From positions 11,271 to 75,270 of IMG/VR virus record IMGVR_UViG_3300020731_000015: DNA of 64,000 nucleotides; one strand, given 5' to 3'. Positions 28,074-37,904 of the stretch are shown here, one piece after another. Position 1 is the stretch's first letter; the number at the start of each line of letters is the position of its first letter. Made by a program: the position numbers and the translations under genes. The notes beneath the pieces are model-generated. The model saw only the letters and a program-made list of their open reading frames with translations. It searched no databases and was not told the origin of the DNA. Origin of the DNA: a virus.

Positions 28074-29217
28074 TGACTTCTTTGCTGAAATAGAGGCGTG
28101 GGTTCGTATTGCTAAGGCAAAGCCCGACTACACCGAGTTGATTTCAGACCGCAAAGGCGAGCCTGACAACCAGAAGTTATACGACCAAGTAAAGGCCGAT
28201 GCCCAGAAGAAGTTTGATGTCTATCCATCAGCAGTGGCAAACGGCTGGGTCGTTCAGGAATACAAGCGTCGTGGCGGAACATACTCCAAGCCAGTAGCCA
28301 AAGGCGACTTACCGGGTCACGAGTTTCGAGGAAACCAATATGCGTCGGCTGGCGGAACGGCACAAATCACTAGCGAATCACAGACCGCACCACTAAACGC
28401 TGCTAGTGCTGCGAAAGACCTCGCTACTAAGGCAAACGACCTTTACGAGAAGAACCAGATTGACAAGTTCGACAAGACTATGCCCGCTAGTGTCGCTTCC
28501 AAGATTGGAAAAGACCATTGGGATATGGCTATCGAACACCAAAAAGAAGCAGAGCGTTTGTCAAACGAAGACGAGACTCACCTCAACTCTGAAATCGGTC
28601 ACGCCGACGCTTCTGATGAGCACTACAACGCCGCTAAACGGTGGGGCGTAGTTGCCGATATGCTGAATGGCACATACGGCCCAAGTCAACTCAATGTTGA
28701 TAGCGCTATCGCTGCGGCCAAAGAAGCATCTGGCTCTGCTACTGATGCCTCTTCTAACATTATCCCAGAAGCGGCTCACGAAGACACTATTGCTCAAAAC
28801 GGCGGTCCAAATGTCGCTAAGCCACTATACGGTTTTAGTGTCAAAAACGCAGGAAACATCAAGAGCGATGTCGAGGCGAGTTATATCGCTTCTGCCCTCC
28901 ACGAACACCTAGTAATAGGTGCTGGACACCCAGACGACACAGAAGTTCGCACCCCAGCGGATTACAAAGTGGGTGCGAGTCAGCACTATCAGTTGGCCCA
29001 GTATTACGCAGGGAAAGCACAAAGCGGCCCACAGAAAGCCGAATACCAAAAGGCTGCTGATGCTCACATTGCTGCGTATAAAGCCTGTGAAAAAGCGGCT
29101 AGTGCTGGAACGAAAGAGCCATCAAAGGCAAGCGTGGCTGCCGTTGCTGACACAGCGAGGGTTGCCGATAGGGCATCGTTTAATCTGGGCGAAACCTATA
29201 TGAACAATAGAAAGTAA
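28066..29217 (+). CDS. Tagged cargo protein 2 (DUF5872-like domain, His/Ala repeats)
   Basis: Leader FFAEIEAWVRIAK; LYDQVK...YPSA...VQEYKRRGGTY; tag at 28300. Confidence 0.8.
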   Translation: MANDFFAEIEAWVRIAKAKPDYTELISDRKGEPDNQKLYDQVKADAQKKFDVYPSAVANGWVVQEYKRRGGTYSKPVAKGDLPGHEFRGNQYASAGGTAQITSESQTAPLNAASAAKDLATKANDLYEKNQIDKFDKTMPASVASKIGKDHWDMAIEHQKEAERLSNEDETHLNSEIGHADASDEHYNAAKRWGVVADMLNGTYGPSQLNVDSAIAAAKEASGSATDASSNIIPEAAHEDTIAQNGGPNVAKPLYGFSVKNAGNIKSDVEASYIASALHEHLVIGAGHPDDTEVRTPADYKVGASQHYQLAQYYAGKAQSGPQKAEYQKAADAHIAAYKACEKAASAGTKEPSKASVAAVADTARVADRASFNLGETYMNNRK

Positions 29218-29221
29218 AACA

Positions 29222-30571
29222 ATGGCTAGGGATTTCTTTGCTGAAGTAGAATCGTGGATTCGTGTTGCCAAGGGCGATGTGGTTGGCCACGAGTTTCACG
29301 GGAACCAGTATCAGTCGGCTAGCGAAACGACACAAATCACTAGTGAATCGCAGACTAGCCCCGCTAGCCGTGCTTCGGAAATCGCTGCTAGGGCTAACGC
29401 ACTAGTTGATGGTATCTGGCACGACCCGGGTTCACCAGTATTACGAGATGAACACTCTGAAATAGCAGATGAACACTTTGCGGAAGCCAATAGAGTTCGT
29501 TCTACCAACCCAGCGTTGGCTGACGCCCACGTAGAGGCCGGCAACGCTCACGAGGATGCCCACAACGCTCACTCAATGGCACACACTTACATTAGTGATG
29601 AGAACGATGACCGTGCTGAAGCCGCAACTAGTAGGGCTATTCGGGCTAGTAGGAATGTCGAAGCACTAGCCAACGGAACTGCCACCGCCCCAAGTGCTAC
29701 TCCAACACCTACCCCAAACCCCAATAAGTTCTCGCACCCTTATCAGACTCAATACAGCGCGCCAAACTACCTAGCGCAAGCGGCCAAGAATGTTGCTGAT
29801 AGGCATCTAGATGTTGCGGTCGCTGGCGATAAGCCAGAAGACCTAAACGCCCTTGCTGACGAGCACCAAAAAATTGCCGAGGGTCTTCGTGATGTCGCTG
29901 ACCAGAAAGCGATTGCTGCTAGAACTGCCCAGACACAGGCGGCATCATTGGGCCGCCAAGACCCTGATGAGGGTGAGAAACTCGGAACCGGGCGTGAAGC
30001 AACGGAACGACCAGCCAACGTGACTGCTGAATCATTAGCCGACAAGTATTCCCCAGCAGGCGCATCGAACTCGGATGCGAACCGTAATCGGATTGCCGGT
30101 ATGACTTCTAGCCGTTTGGAAGACCTAAAGTTGGCCTCAAACTCGATGTCCAAACTTGCTGATATGAGTCACGGCTACGCATCTAGCCGAGTTCGTGGCG
30201 AATTGGGAAGTATCCGAGAGGCTATCCAAAGCCGAATCACAGACCTCAAGAACGAGGCAAAGGCCGGTGGCTCTAAGTTCGTTCAGGGTCAAGGAAACCA
30301 GCCAACTCGCACTTCTGCTGATTACAAGAACCTGATTTCCAAACTAACTAGTGCTTCTAAGTCCGTTTCTGAACTACGCAACGCTATTCGTAGCACGAAT
30401 CTCCAAAGCACGAACCACTACTACCACTCTGGTCAATTTGCCAAAGATGCCCCAGCCGTAGCCGATAAGGTGGCGGACGCTACACAGGCCTACAACGATT
30501 TCTATCGTGGAACTGATGGCAAGGATACGGGCTACTTCGCAAATGACCGATTTAAGAAGTCGGTTGGCTGA
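29222..30571 (+). CDS. Tagged cargo protein 3 (His/Ala helical repeats)
   Basis: MARDFFAEVESWIRVAKGDVVGHEFHGNQY. Confidence 0.8.
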   Translation: MARDFFAEVESWIRVAKGDVVGHEFHGNQYQSASETTQITSESQTSPASRASEIAARANALVDGIWHDPGSPVLRDEHSEIADEHFAEANRVRSTNPALADAHVEAGNAHEDAHNAHSMAHTYISDENDDRAEAATSRAIRASRNVEALANGTATAPSATPTPTPNPNKFSHPYQTQYSAPNYLAQAAKNVADRHLDVAVAGDKPEDLNALADEHQKIAEGLRDVADQKAIAARTAQTQAASLGRQDPDEGEKLGTGREATERPANVTAESLADKYSPAGASNSDANRNRIAGMTSSRLEDLKLASNSMSKLADMSHGYASSRVRGELGSIREAIQSRITDLKNEAKAGGSKFVQGQGNQPTRTSADYKNLISKLTSASKSVSELRNAIRSTNLQSTNHYYHSGQFAKDAPAVADKVADATQAYNDFYRGTDGKDTGYFANDRFKKSVG

Positions 30572-30601
30572 AAAATCACAACCCTGTGAAAGAATAGAAC
30601 T

Positions 30602-31822
30602 ATGGAAAACTTTGCTGCTGAAATCGAATCTTGGGTCCGAATCGCTAAGGGCGGGCCGGGCTCGGGAGATACCCCCGGTCACGAGTTCAATGGAAACCAA
30701 TACACCGACGCGAGTGGTGCTATCGCGGGCATTTCCAAACTTCGTGGGCTTTCAGGAGAACTCAAGTCAATAGTTGATGAACTAAATGGCAAGTTTTACC
30801 CACAGGGATTTACGCTGCGAGCCAAACCAGCAGATAAGTACGACAAAGACAGAATGTATGGGGAAAACTCATATAGTTCTTTTGCGCGCTATGTCACCCC
30901 AGAGAAACTAAAAGAAACACAGAGCAAACTTGAGGGGTTGGCCGACCAAGTGGATTCTCTAGTTGCTGGAGTTCGCCGTTCAGCAGCCGTTCACTCGGAC
31001 ACATCACCCACGATAGACAAGTTTGGTGGAGGCGAGTGGAAACTCGGACAAGACGAAGTTGGTAAGCACTTTTTAGAAGCCTCTAAGTCGCTTGAGGCTT
31101 TATCAGACAACTTGCGTGGTGCGGCATCCATAATGAGCCACTCGGCAAACAAGGCGGTTTCAGTCAAATCACCTCGCCCAATGGCGGATGATGGCTATCC
31201 TGCTTTCGGCTCTTCCGAACCAAAAGCCTTTGACGCCGTTAAAGGCGAGGATGTTCTATCAACGAAGTTGGCGATTTCACGCTATTCGGGTCACGAAAGC
31301 AGTTTGGGAGAACAAGTTGATGCGATTTCCAAACTCTTTGACAAGTCGGAACTATCGCTTTCTCGTGCGGCTATCGCTATAGCGAAAGACCCCTCAAAAG
31401 AACCTAACGAGGCAAAGGCCGCTTCTGATTCAGCCAAGTTCGAGTCGAAGTCAAAGGAGTACACTGCTTCTGCTGATGCTATGGAAAAAGACATTGAGGC
31501 TAAGTACGATATGGTCAAAAAAGACTATGACCTCGATGAAGACGGTAGGCCTATTCGTTATGGCCCCCAACACTCGGAAGAACTAGATGAATACGAAGAG
31601 GCAAAAGACAAGCAAGATGTCGTTCTCTCACGCGCCAAAGTAGCGGCGGTATCGGCTAGTAATGCCTACTCTGTAATGGCTCACTTTGCTTCGCAGCGTG
31701 GCGACACCGAAGCCGCCAAGCAAGCGCAAGAAAAAGCCAGCGAAATGCTGAAAGTGGCGCGCTATAGCGAATCTCGCTGGCCAGATGCGGTCAATCATTA
31801 CGATGACTACGATGGCGAATAA
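30602..31822 (+). CDS. Tagged cargo protein 4
   Basis: MENFAAEIESWVRIAKGGPGSGDTPGHEFNGNQY. Confidence 0.8.
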   Translation: MENFAAEIESWVRIAKGGPGSGDTPGHEFNGNQYTDASGAIAGISKLRGLSGELKSIVDELNGKFYPQGFTLRAKPADKYDKDRMYGENSYSSFARYVTPEKLKETQSKLEGLADQVDSLVAGVRRSAAVHSDTSPTIDKFGGGEWKLGQDEVGKHFLEASKSLEALSDNLRGAASIMSHSANKAVSVKSPRPMADDGYPAFGSSEPKAFDAVKGEDVLSTKLAISRYSGHESSLGEQVDAISKLFDKSELSLSRAAIAIAKDPSKEPNEAKAASDSAKFESKSKEYTASADAMEKDIEAKYDMVKKDYDLDEDGRPIRYGPQHSEELDEYEEAKDKQDVVLSRAKVAAVSASNAYSVMAHFASQRGDTEAAKQAQEKASEMLKVARYSESRWPDAVNHYDDYDGE

Positions 31823-31828
31823 CAACAA

Positions 31829-34126
31829 ATGTCATCTATCCAAGATGTCCGAAAGTTCCTTGTTAGAGAACGGTTTGTGGTCCTCAAGGGCGACTATGTT
31901 GGCCACCCCTTTCGTGGAAACCAATACTCCGACTTAGGCTCTGCTGAACACCTACAAGAAGCGAATAGAGCCGCTAGAGAAACGGATTCGCTCAAAAGAG
32001 AGGGCCGTCGTAGGTATGGTCGTTCTCACGGATATTCCCTTGATGGCGACCTAGCAAAAGCATCGCTCGATGCCCTTGACCACGCGGCATCAGCAAAAGC
32101 CAAAGTAGGCGTTCTTAAAACAACAATATCTGAACTAGAAGAAAAGATTAAGAGAAACGGTGGCGACCCCAAAACTCCGATAGACGGATTCCACGACTCC
32201 GTTGAGGTGCGACAACTCAAAGACAACTTACAGCGTTCCCAAGAACAGTTAAGCCATATAACTAGCGGGAATATGAAGTTTCGTATTTCTTGGAACAAAT
32301 CACTAACTAGCGAGCAAATGAGCAAGCAGGCCGCATCCGCGCTGAATCGTGGATACAAGGAAGTTCTCAACAAATTATCTTCGATGCCCGGCGTGACTAT
32401 GCCGAAAGCCAAGTCGCTTCTTGACAACAAGAACAACCCTCGCCCAGAGGCTCTAAAGGTTCTTCAGAACGATGTCAAGCAGATAGACTCAATCGCCAAG
32501 AAAGATGCCAAAACAGCGCAAGACGAAAGTGCGAGCCCAGAAGATAGGTATAACGCAACTGTCGGCTTGCGAAACTCATCGAAGAACGCCCTCTCTGCCC
32601 ACACCTTTCTTGAGCAAGTCTATCGGATTAGTGGAGACACTACTAACCAAGATGCTGAAGCAAAAATCGTTGAGAAAGCAAAAGCGTCTATTGGGAAAGC
32701 GGACGAACATTACACAAATAATTTCGCTCAAATAACACTTTCATACGCCAAAGAGAGCATCGATAAGGCTAGTAAGACGATTGACCTAAGTGGAGTCAAC
32801 CTATTCAGCATCAGCCCGGAACAGAAACAAACGATTTCCGATGCAAAAAGTCTTTACTCGAACGCCTACAGAATACTTAGTGATGCCAGACTAGGCAATA
32901 CTGATGAGGCTAGGTTGGCAAGAGACAATTCTCAACAAGCAAACGCACTCCTAAATACCGCTAGGTCTAACGAACTAAAAGCAACCCTAGACGGGTCAAT
33001 GAAGAACATAGGTAAGGCAACTGCTGATAAGAGCGCCTATGAGAACACCCAAAAGGCCGAGCGCGATTATCGCACTTTCCAATCGGCGGTTGGCGAGGCT
33101 AAGTCGAATTGGAACGGCCTATTATCTAACTACGGTGGTGCTTCATCACCAGAGTTAAATGCAAAAGCACAGAGCAACGCTATCGGATTAGCGAACCAAC
33201 TAGAACTCGTACAAAAGACCGCTGGTTTGGCTATCGGTAAGGAATACCTAAAAACGGCTAGTGACTCCCTAAAGTTCGTTCGTGAAAACCTCGGAAACAC
33301 AGACCCAGCCGTGGCGGAAAAGGCCGACAAACTTATTACCGAAGCATCAAGTGCAGCCAATACAGCAAGAGGGCTATTCTCAAAAGAATCTCGCTACTAT
33401 TCATCAAGCGCACCAGCGACAAGTGGTTTGGAAAACGAGTGGAATCAGGCATCTAGGTTTGAGAAAGAATGCACCGCCTACTCCAATGCTGTTCGTGGAA
33501 CATCTCTTTTGGAAAAAGGTCTAGCGGAAACAAGGAGTATGCCCGAAAAGGTGGATATGAGTGACATCGGCCAAGATGACCCCAATAGTTATGTATCCCT
33601 AAAGGCTAAAGCCGCGGGAACTTTGGATGACTCGTTCGGCTACCTAACGCGCGGAGTTGAAGCAATCGACAAATCAGACCTTTTCAGCAAAGACGAAAAA
33701 CAAGAACTTATTGGCAAACTTAAGGACCAAGCCACCCAAGCGGGTAAGGAACTTGCCGATATCAACTTTAAGTTCTATAGAGATGGTCTTGACTCTATGG
33801 TTGTCAACGGTAGTAAGGAATTGGAAAAATCCAAAGACACCGATGACGATAACCCTATGTATGCCTCTACTAAGGCAGAAAAACTATTGGTGCAGGCTAC
33901 CTATCTTGCTGATTCTATAGAAAACAGTATCGCTCACAAGGAACTTAGTGGTTCGCTACTAGTTGGTCACTTCCAAGACAAGACCCCGCTACAACTCAAT
34001 TCCGAGCAAGTAAAGCAACTCAAGGAAACCCTCGCCAAGCATAGTGTTGCTGAAATCCAGCAAAAAGCCGATGAAGCGAAGCAGGGCCAGCGCGCTTTCT
34101 ATCGCCTACGCCAATACGCCCTGTAA
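31829..34126 (+). CDS. Tagged cargo protein 5 (long alpha-helical protein)
   Basis: VVLKGDYVGHPFRGNQY at 31886. Confidence 0.8.
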   Translation: MSSIQDVRKFLVRERFVVLKGDYVGHPFRGNQYSDLGSAEHLQEANRAARETDSLKREGRRRYGRSHGYSLDGDLAKASLDALDHAASAKAKVGVLKTTISELEEKIKRNGGDPKTPIDGFHDSVEVRQLKDNLQRSQEQLSHITSGNMKFRISWNKSLTSEQMSKQAASALNRGYKEVLNKLSSMPGVTMPKAKSLLDNKNNPRPEALKVLQNDVKQIDSIAKKDAKTAQDESASPEDRYNATVGLRNSSKNALSAHTFLEQVYRISGDTTNQDAEAKIVEKAKASIGKADEHYTNNFAQITLSYAKESIDKASKTIDLSGVNLFSISPEQKQTISDAKSLYSNAYRILSDARLGNTDEARLARDNSQQANALLNTARSNELKATLDGSMKNIGKATADKSAYENTQKAERDYRTFQSAVGEAKSNWNGLLSNYGGASSPELNAKAQSNAIGLANQLELVQKTAGLAIGKEYLKTASDSLKFVRENLGNTDPAVAEKADKLITEASSAANTARGLFSKESRYYSSSAPATSGLENEWNQASRFEKECTAYSNAVRGTSLLEKGLAETRSMPEKVDMSDIGQDDPNSYVSLKAKAAGTLDDSFGYLTRGVEAIDKSDLFSKDEKQELIGKLKDQATQAGKELADINFKFYRDGLDSMVVNGSKELEKSKDTDDDNPMYASTKAEKLLVQATYLADSIENSIAHKELSGSLLVGHFQDKTPLQLNSEQVKQLKETLAKHSVAEIQQKADEAKQGQRAFYRLRQYAL

Positions 34127-34174
34127 TTTATCAACTGTGGTCTATTATCTATAACGAACGCAAGGGAGTTGCCT

Positions 34175-35596
34175 ATGTCTGATGAAATCCTCAACGCCGC
34201 ATCCGAATGGATTGGCTCTGTGAACAAGGGTCTTTACGGCGCACTCTTTAACGAGTCGCTCACCTTTGGTCAGGACAATGCCGCTAAGGCCGAGTCACTC
34301 TACGCAGTTGCCCTCACTGCTGAAATGGCTGGCGACAAGGCTAAGGCGACTAACGCCCTTATGACTGCTTCGCAACTCCACCTCACTTCTGCCGACTACT
34401 ACTTACGCGCCTCTTCTTACGGAACGATTGAGCGCACCCAACTACTCGCCCTCTCACAAGAACAAAATGCACTCGCACAAAAGGCGATTGAGGCCGTTCA
34501 TCTTCTTGAGAACACTCCTGCTGAATCAACTACCGATGCTGGTCTTGATGGCGTGACCGTTGATGAGGCCGACACTTACCCTATTGATACTGCGAACAAC
34601 CTAGATGCCCGTGACCACGCACCCGACCTGCCAGATATGTATAAGTCAGTTGGCGGGTTTGCTGAAATCGCAGAAGACGGCGTAGAGGTTTGGAACTTCG
34701 ACATCGCAAAGGGTGACACACCCGGCCACGAGTTCCGTGGAAATCAATACACCGAGGGAACTGGAAAACTATCTGGCCGTGCTGATGATGTTGCCGATAG
34801 AGCAAATGACGAGGGTGCTAGCAAGTCAATCGCTGCGGAACACAAGAGCATCGCTGAAGGACACAAGAGTATCGCTATGGAACTCGCTGACCAAGCAGCC
34901 GAAATGCCACTAACGCAAGCGGAAAAACCACTTGTGGCAAAAGCCGCTATTGACAACTTCAAGGCTTTTATTGCTCACGCTAACGCCGCAGACGCACACG
35001 AAGAAGCGGCAAAAGCACTTGCGAACGACCCACACTCGGAGAGTGCGCTAGATGCTGAGGAAGCAGCACAGCGCACTAGCGATGATGCCGCAACTGCGAG
35101 CGCCGAGGCTCACGGGGGAACCTCGATTGCGGCCAATGCTGAAAAGGTTGCCCCAACAAGCACTAGTGGCACGACTACCCAAATCACTAGCGAGGCTCGT
35201 AGCAACCCCTCAAGCGTTAAGTACATCAAGCCAGTCAACCTTACGGCCGCTAACACCTTGCGTGAAAGGGCCGCAAGTCTCGCTTTGGAAACAGGGCGCA
35301 CCGTGCCAAACCAAGCCTTCGTGCAAGAACACACTCAAATCGCTAAGGAACACACGAAACTTGCAAAGGCAAATGACAAGGCTGGAAATAGCGATATTGC
35401 CGAGGCCCACCGAGATGCCGCTCACGCACACGAGGTTGCCGCTGCTTTTACTAAGGATGCTATTGGGGTTTCACCAGACGGAACCGACCAAAAGGCTATT
35501 GATGCCGAGCAGAAGAGCCAAGAGGCCTTTACCGCTAGTGGTGAGGCCGCTCGTCTTGAGAGAGCCAATATTTTCCCCGACACTAGTTCTTACTGA
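34175..35596 (+). CDS. Tagged cargo protein 6 (His/Ala helical repeats)
   Basis: IAKGDTPGHEFRGNQY at 34709. Confidence 0.8.
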   Translation: MSDEILNAASEWIGSVNKGLYGALFNESLTFGQDNAAKAESLYAVALTAEMAGDKAKATNALMTASQLHLTSADYYLRASSYGTIERTQLLALSQEQNALAQKAIEAVHLLENTPAESTTDAGLDGVTVDEADTYPIDTANNLDARDHAPDLPDMYKSVGGFAEIAEDGVEVWNFDIAKGDTPGHEFRGNQYTEGTGKLSGRADDVADRANDEGASKSIAAEHKSIAEGHKSIAMELADQAAEMPLTQAEKPLVAKAAIDNFKAFIAHANAADAHEEAAKALANDPHSESALDAEEAAQRTSDDAATASAEAHGGTSIAANAEKVAPTSTSGTTTQITSEARSNPSSVKYIKPVNLTAANTLRERAASLALETGRTVPNQAFVQEHTQIAKEHTKLAKANDKAGNSDIAEAHRDAAHAHEVAAAFTKDAIGVSPDGTDQKAIDAEQKSQEAFTASGEAARLERANIFPDTSSY

Positions 35597-35609
35597 TACT
35601 AGAAAATCC

Positions 35610-35822
35610 GTGCGAAACCCCTTTGAGATAGAGGAACTCCTAAAATCCCCGCTTTACAAGCAGGTAGTTGACGGAGTGGTGAAACAGCCTCGCTATGTGC
35701 CTTTGGCCGAGCAACGCAAACACCCACAGGATTTCGGCTGGCTAGATGATGCCGTGCCAGATAACTATGTATTCCCAGAGGAAGACTCCGAAGACCCTAT
35801 GGGCGAATCACCTCTAGGGTAG
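35610..35822 (+). CDS. 70-aa hypothetical protein (3' end of track ORF 35052-35822)
   Basis: GTG 35610 follows the preceding stop; VRNPFEIEELLKSP... Confidence 0.5.
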   Translation: MRNPFEIEELLKSPLYKQVVDGVVKQPRYVPLAEQRKHPQDFGWLDDAVPDNYVFPEEDSEDPMGESPLG

Positions 35823-35886
35823 GTAAGCAATAGCGATTTGGAAATCGTAGTGTAGCCTTTCTCGTAGAGCGAAAGGAACTCCTTTT

Positions 35887-37878
35887 ATGAATATTGGCGA
35901 CCGATTCAAGCCGGTTTACACCCCACGCAACCAAGCATCTATTGATGCCGAGATTGCCAGCAAGCAGATTGCTAAGACTGCTCGTAGTGAGGTTGAGGCT
36001 ATGTCAGCACTAGACAACGCTAACTTCCGTCTTCGTAAGGCTACAGAGTCTTTGAGCGAAGCACAGGTGGCTTACTTTGCCGCCGTTGAGAAGTCAGCAA
36101 GCAACGCTACTGAACTCCGTGCTGCCTACAACAACGCACTTGCCGGATTCCGTGACAGCGAGAAAATCGCCGCTGTCGCTGCTGATGAGGTTCGCAAGGC
36201 TAAGGCCGCTCTCGCAGGTCTTCGCAAGAAGGCTTCTATGGAAGATGACTATGAGGATGACTCATCAGACGATGACTCATCAGAGTACGATGAGGATGAG
36301 AAGAAGAAGTCTTTTGGTGGCTCTAGCGACCAAGAAGATGCTGCTGATGCTATGGCTGGCGATGACCCAGAGGGCGCAGTAAAGGTTCTTGACTCACTTG
36401 CCGACACCCACGAGCGCCTCGCAGGTATGGCTCGTAAGACTGGCAATATGGATGCTCACTCGGCTCACGCTGCTGAAGCCGGTCGCATTCGCTCAAAGAT
36501 TGTTTCTCTTCGTGGCAAGGCCAACAACAAGGAAGTTGTAAAGTCTGCTTCAGATTTCATCACTAAGCGTGAGTTCTCTGACACCAAGCGCGCTCAACTC
36601 GCTGATTTGCTTGAAGACTGGAAAGTTTCTAAGGCTGCAATGTTGATTGTTTGCCCATCTTGTATGGGTGACGGTGGCTCGTGCTGTGAAAACGGAATGA
36701 TTAGCCCCGATGACCTTTCAGACCACGTTCAGTTGGCAGACGAGATGCCAGTTGCTATGAGTGCTTTCAGCACCTCTTCGCTTCTGACCCGTGACTTCCA
36801 AAAGTCGGCCGCTTACCAAGAGTATGTCTTGGCTAAGGGTGATGTTGATGGTCACGAGTTCCACGGAAACCAGTACACCGCAGGTGGTGGCGGAAAGACT
36901 GCTCAAGTCGCTAGCAACTCGCAGACCGCACCAAAGACCGATGCCGAGCGTTTGGGTAATGTCCCGGGCGCTAGCAAGGCACTACTCACTCAAGATGCGA
37001 TAGACAAGTTCCAAAGTGGCAAGATTGACCACAAGGCTTTGGCAAATGCTCACGATGCTCTTGCTGCTGCCCACCTTTCTGCCGCTAAAGAGGCACGGCT
37101 AGTTGGTGACAAGAAAGGTATCGCCCTCCACATCGCCGCCGCCAACGCTCACCTTTCTGCCGCTACTGCCCACCTAACTGCAGACGGAGAGGGCTACGAG
37201 CCCTATGTTGACAAAAACGGTAATGAGGTCAAGACCGAGGGTATGTCATACGGCGAACTAGCCAACTTGCCAACCGCTTCAGACCGACTTTCAGCAAACG
37301 CCGCTGATGCTTCTAAGGCCGCAGACAAGCACGATGTAGAGATGGAGCAGGAAACCGCTCAAATCACTAGCGAAGCCCGCACCGTTCCAATCAAGCCCGG
37401 CCAAGCCGCACAGACCCGTGACCCCAACTGGAACCCACGCACTAGTGGCGCGTTGATAAATATGCCAAAGGCGGGAACCCAAAAGGGTTTTAACACCATC
37501 GTTGGTGGCTACGAAAAGAACATTCCAGTTCAACTTGGACTCGCTAAGCAAGCAGAGGAAGAATCAAAGAAAGCCGTTGCTGATGGCGACCTTGAGACTG
37601 CCACTGCGAAGATGGAAGAGGCTGTGAAGGCTTATGAGGCCGCCGCCGGAAACGCTCGTGGAATCTTTATGATGCACGAGAAGTTCCAAGGTCAGGTCAA
37701 GCAGGCAAACCCTGAAGACCCAAAGGTAGCCGCTTTCCGTGAACAGGCTCGTTCTATTCGTGCTAACGAAAAGGCTTCGGCACAGGAAAAGGCTGCTGAA
37801 CTTGGAAAGAAGTTTAAGGAACAAGAGGCCGCCAAAATCGCCGCTGCTAAGGATGCCCAGAAAATCGTAGGCGAGTAA
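35887..37878 (+). CDS. Tagged cargo protein 7 (coiled coil, acidic linker, CxxC finger, His/Ala repeats)
   Basis: GAAAGGA RBS; VLAKGDVDGHEFHGNQY at 36835. Confidence 0.8.
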   Translation: MNIGDRFKPVYTPRNQASIDAEIASKQIAKTARSEVEAMSALDNANFRLRKATESLSEAQVAYFAAVEKSASNATELRAAYNNALAGFRDSEKIAAVAADEVRKAKAALAGLRKKASMEDDYEDDSSDDDSSEYDEDEKKKSFGGSSDQEDAADAMAGDDPEGAVKVLDSLADTHERLAGMARKTGNMDAHSAHAAEAGRIRSKIVSLRGKANNKEVVKSASDFITKREFSDTKRAQLADLLEDWKVSKAAMLIVCPSCMGDGGSCCENGMISPDDLSDHVQLADEMPVAMSAFSTSSLLTRDFQKSAAYQEYVLAKGDVDGHEFHGNQYTAGGGGKTAQVASNSQTAPKTDAERLGNVPGASKALLTQDAIDKFQSGKIDHKALANAHDALAAAHLSAAKEARLVGDKKGIALHIAAANAHLSAATAHLTADGEGYEPYVDKNGNEVKTEGMSYGELANLPTASDRLSANAADASKAADKHDVEMEQETAQITSEARTVPIKPGQAAQTRDPNWNPRTSGALINMPKAGTQKGFNTIVGGYEKNIPVQLGLAKQAEEESKKAVADGDLETATAKMEEAVKAYEAAAGNARGIFMMHEKFQGQVKQANPEDPKVAAFREQARSIRANEKASAQEKAAELGKKFKEQEAAKIAAAKDAQKIVGE

Positions 37879-37904
37879 GAGCCTTAGTGTTCTAAGGTTT
37901 ACTC

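Noticed and set aside
35052-35609. 256-aa ORF overlapping cargo protein 6
   Set aside because: The 5' part is an off-frame shadow of Ala-rich coding sequence. Only 35610-35822 looks like a real gene.
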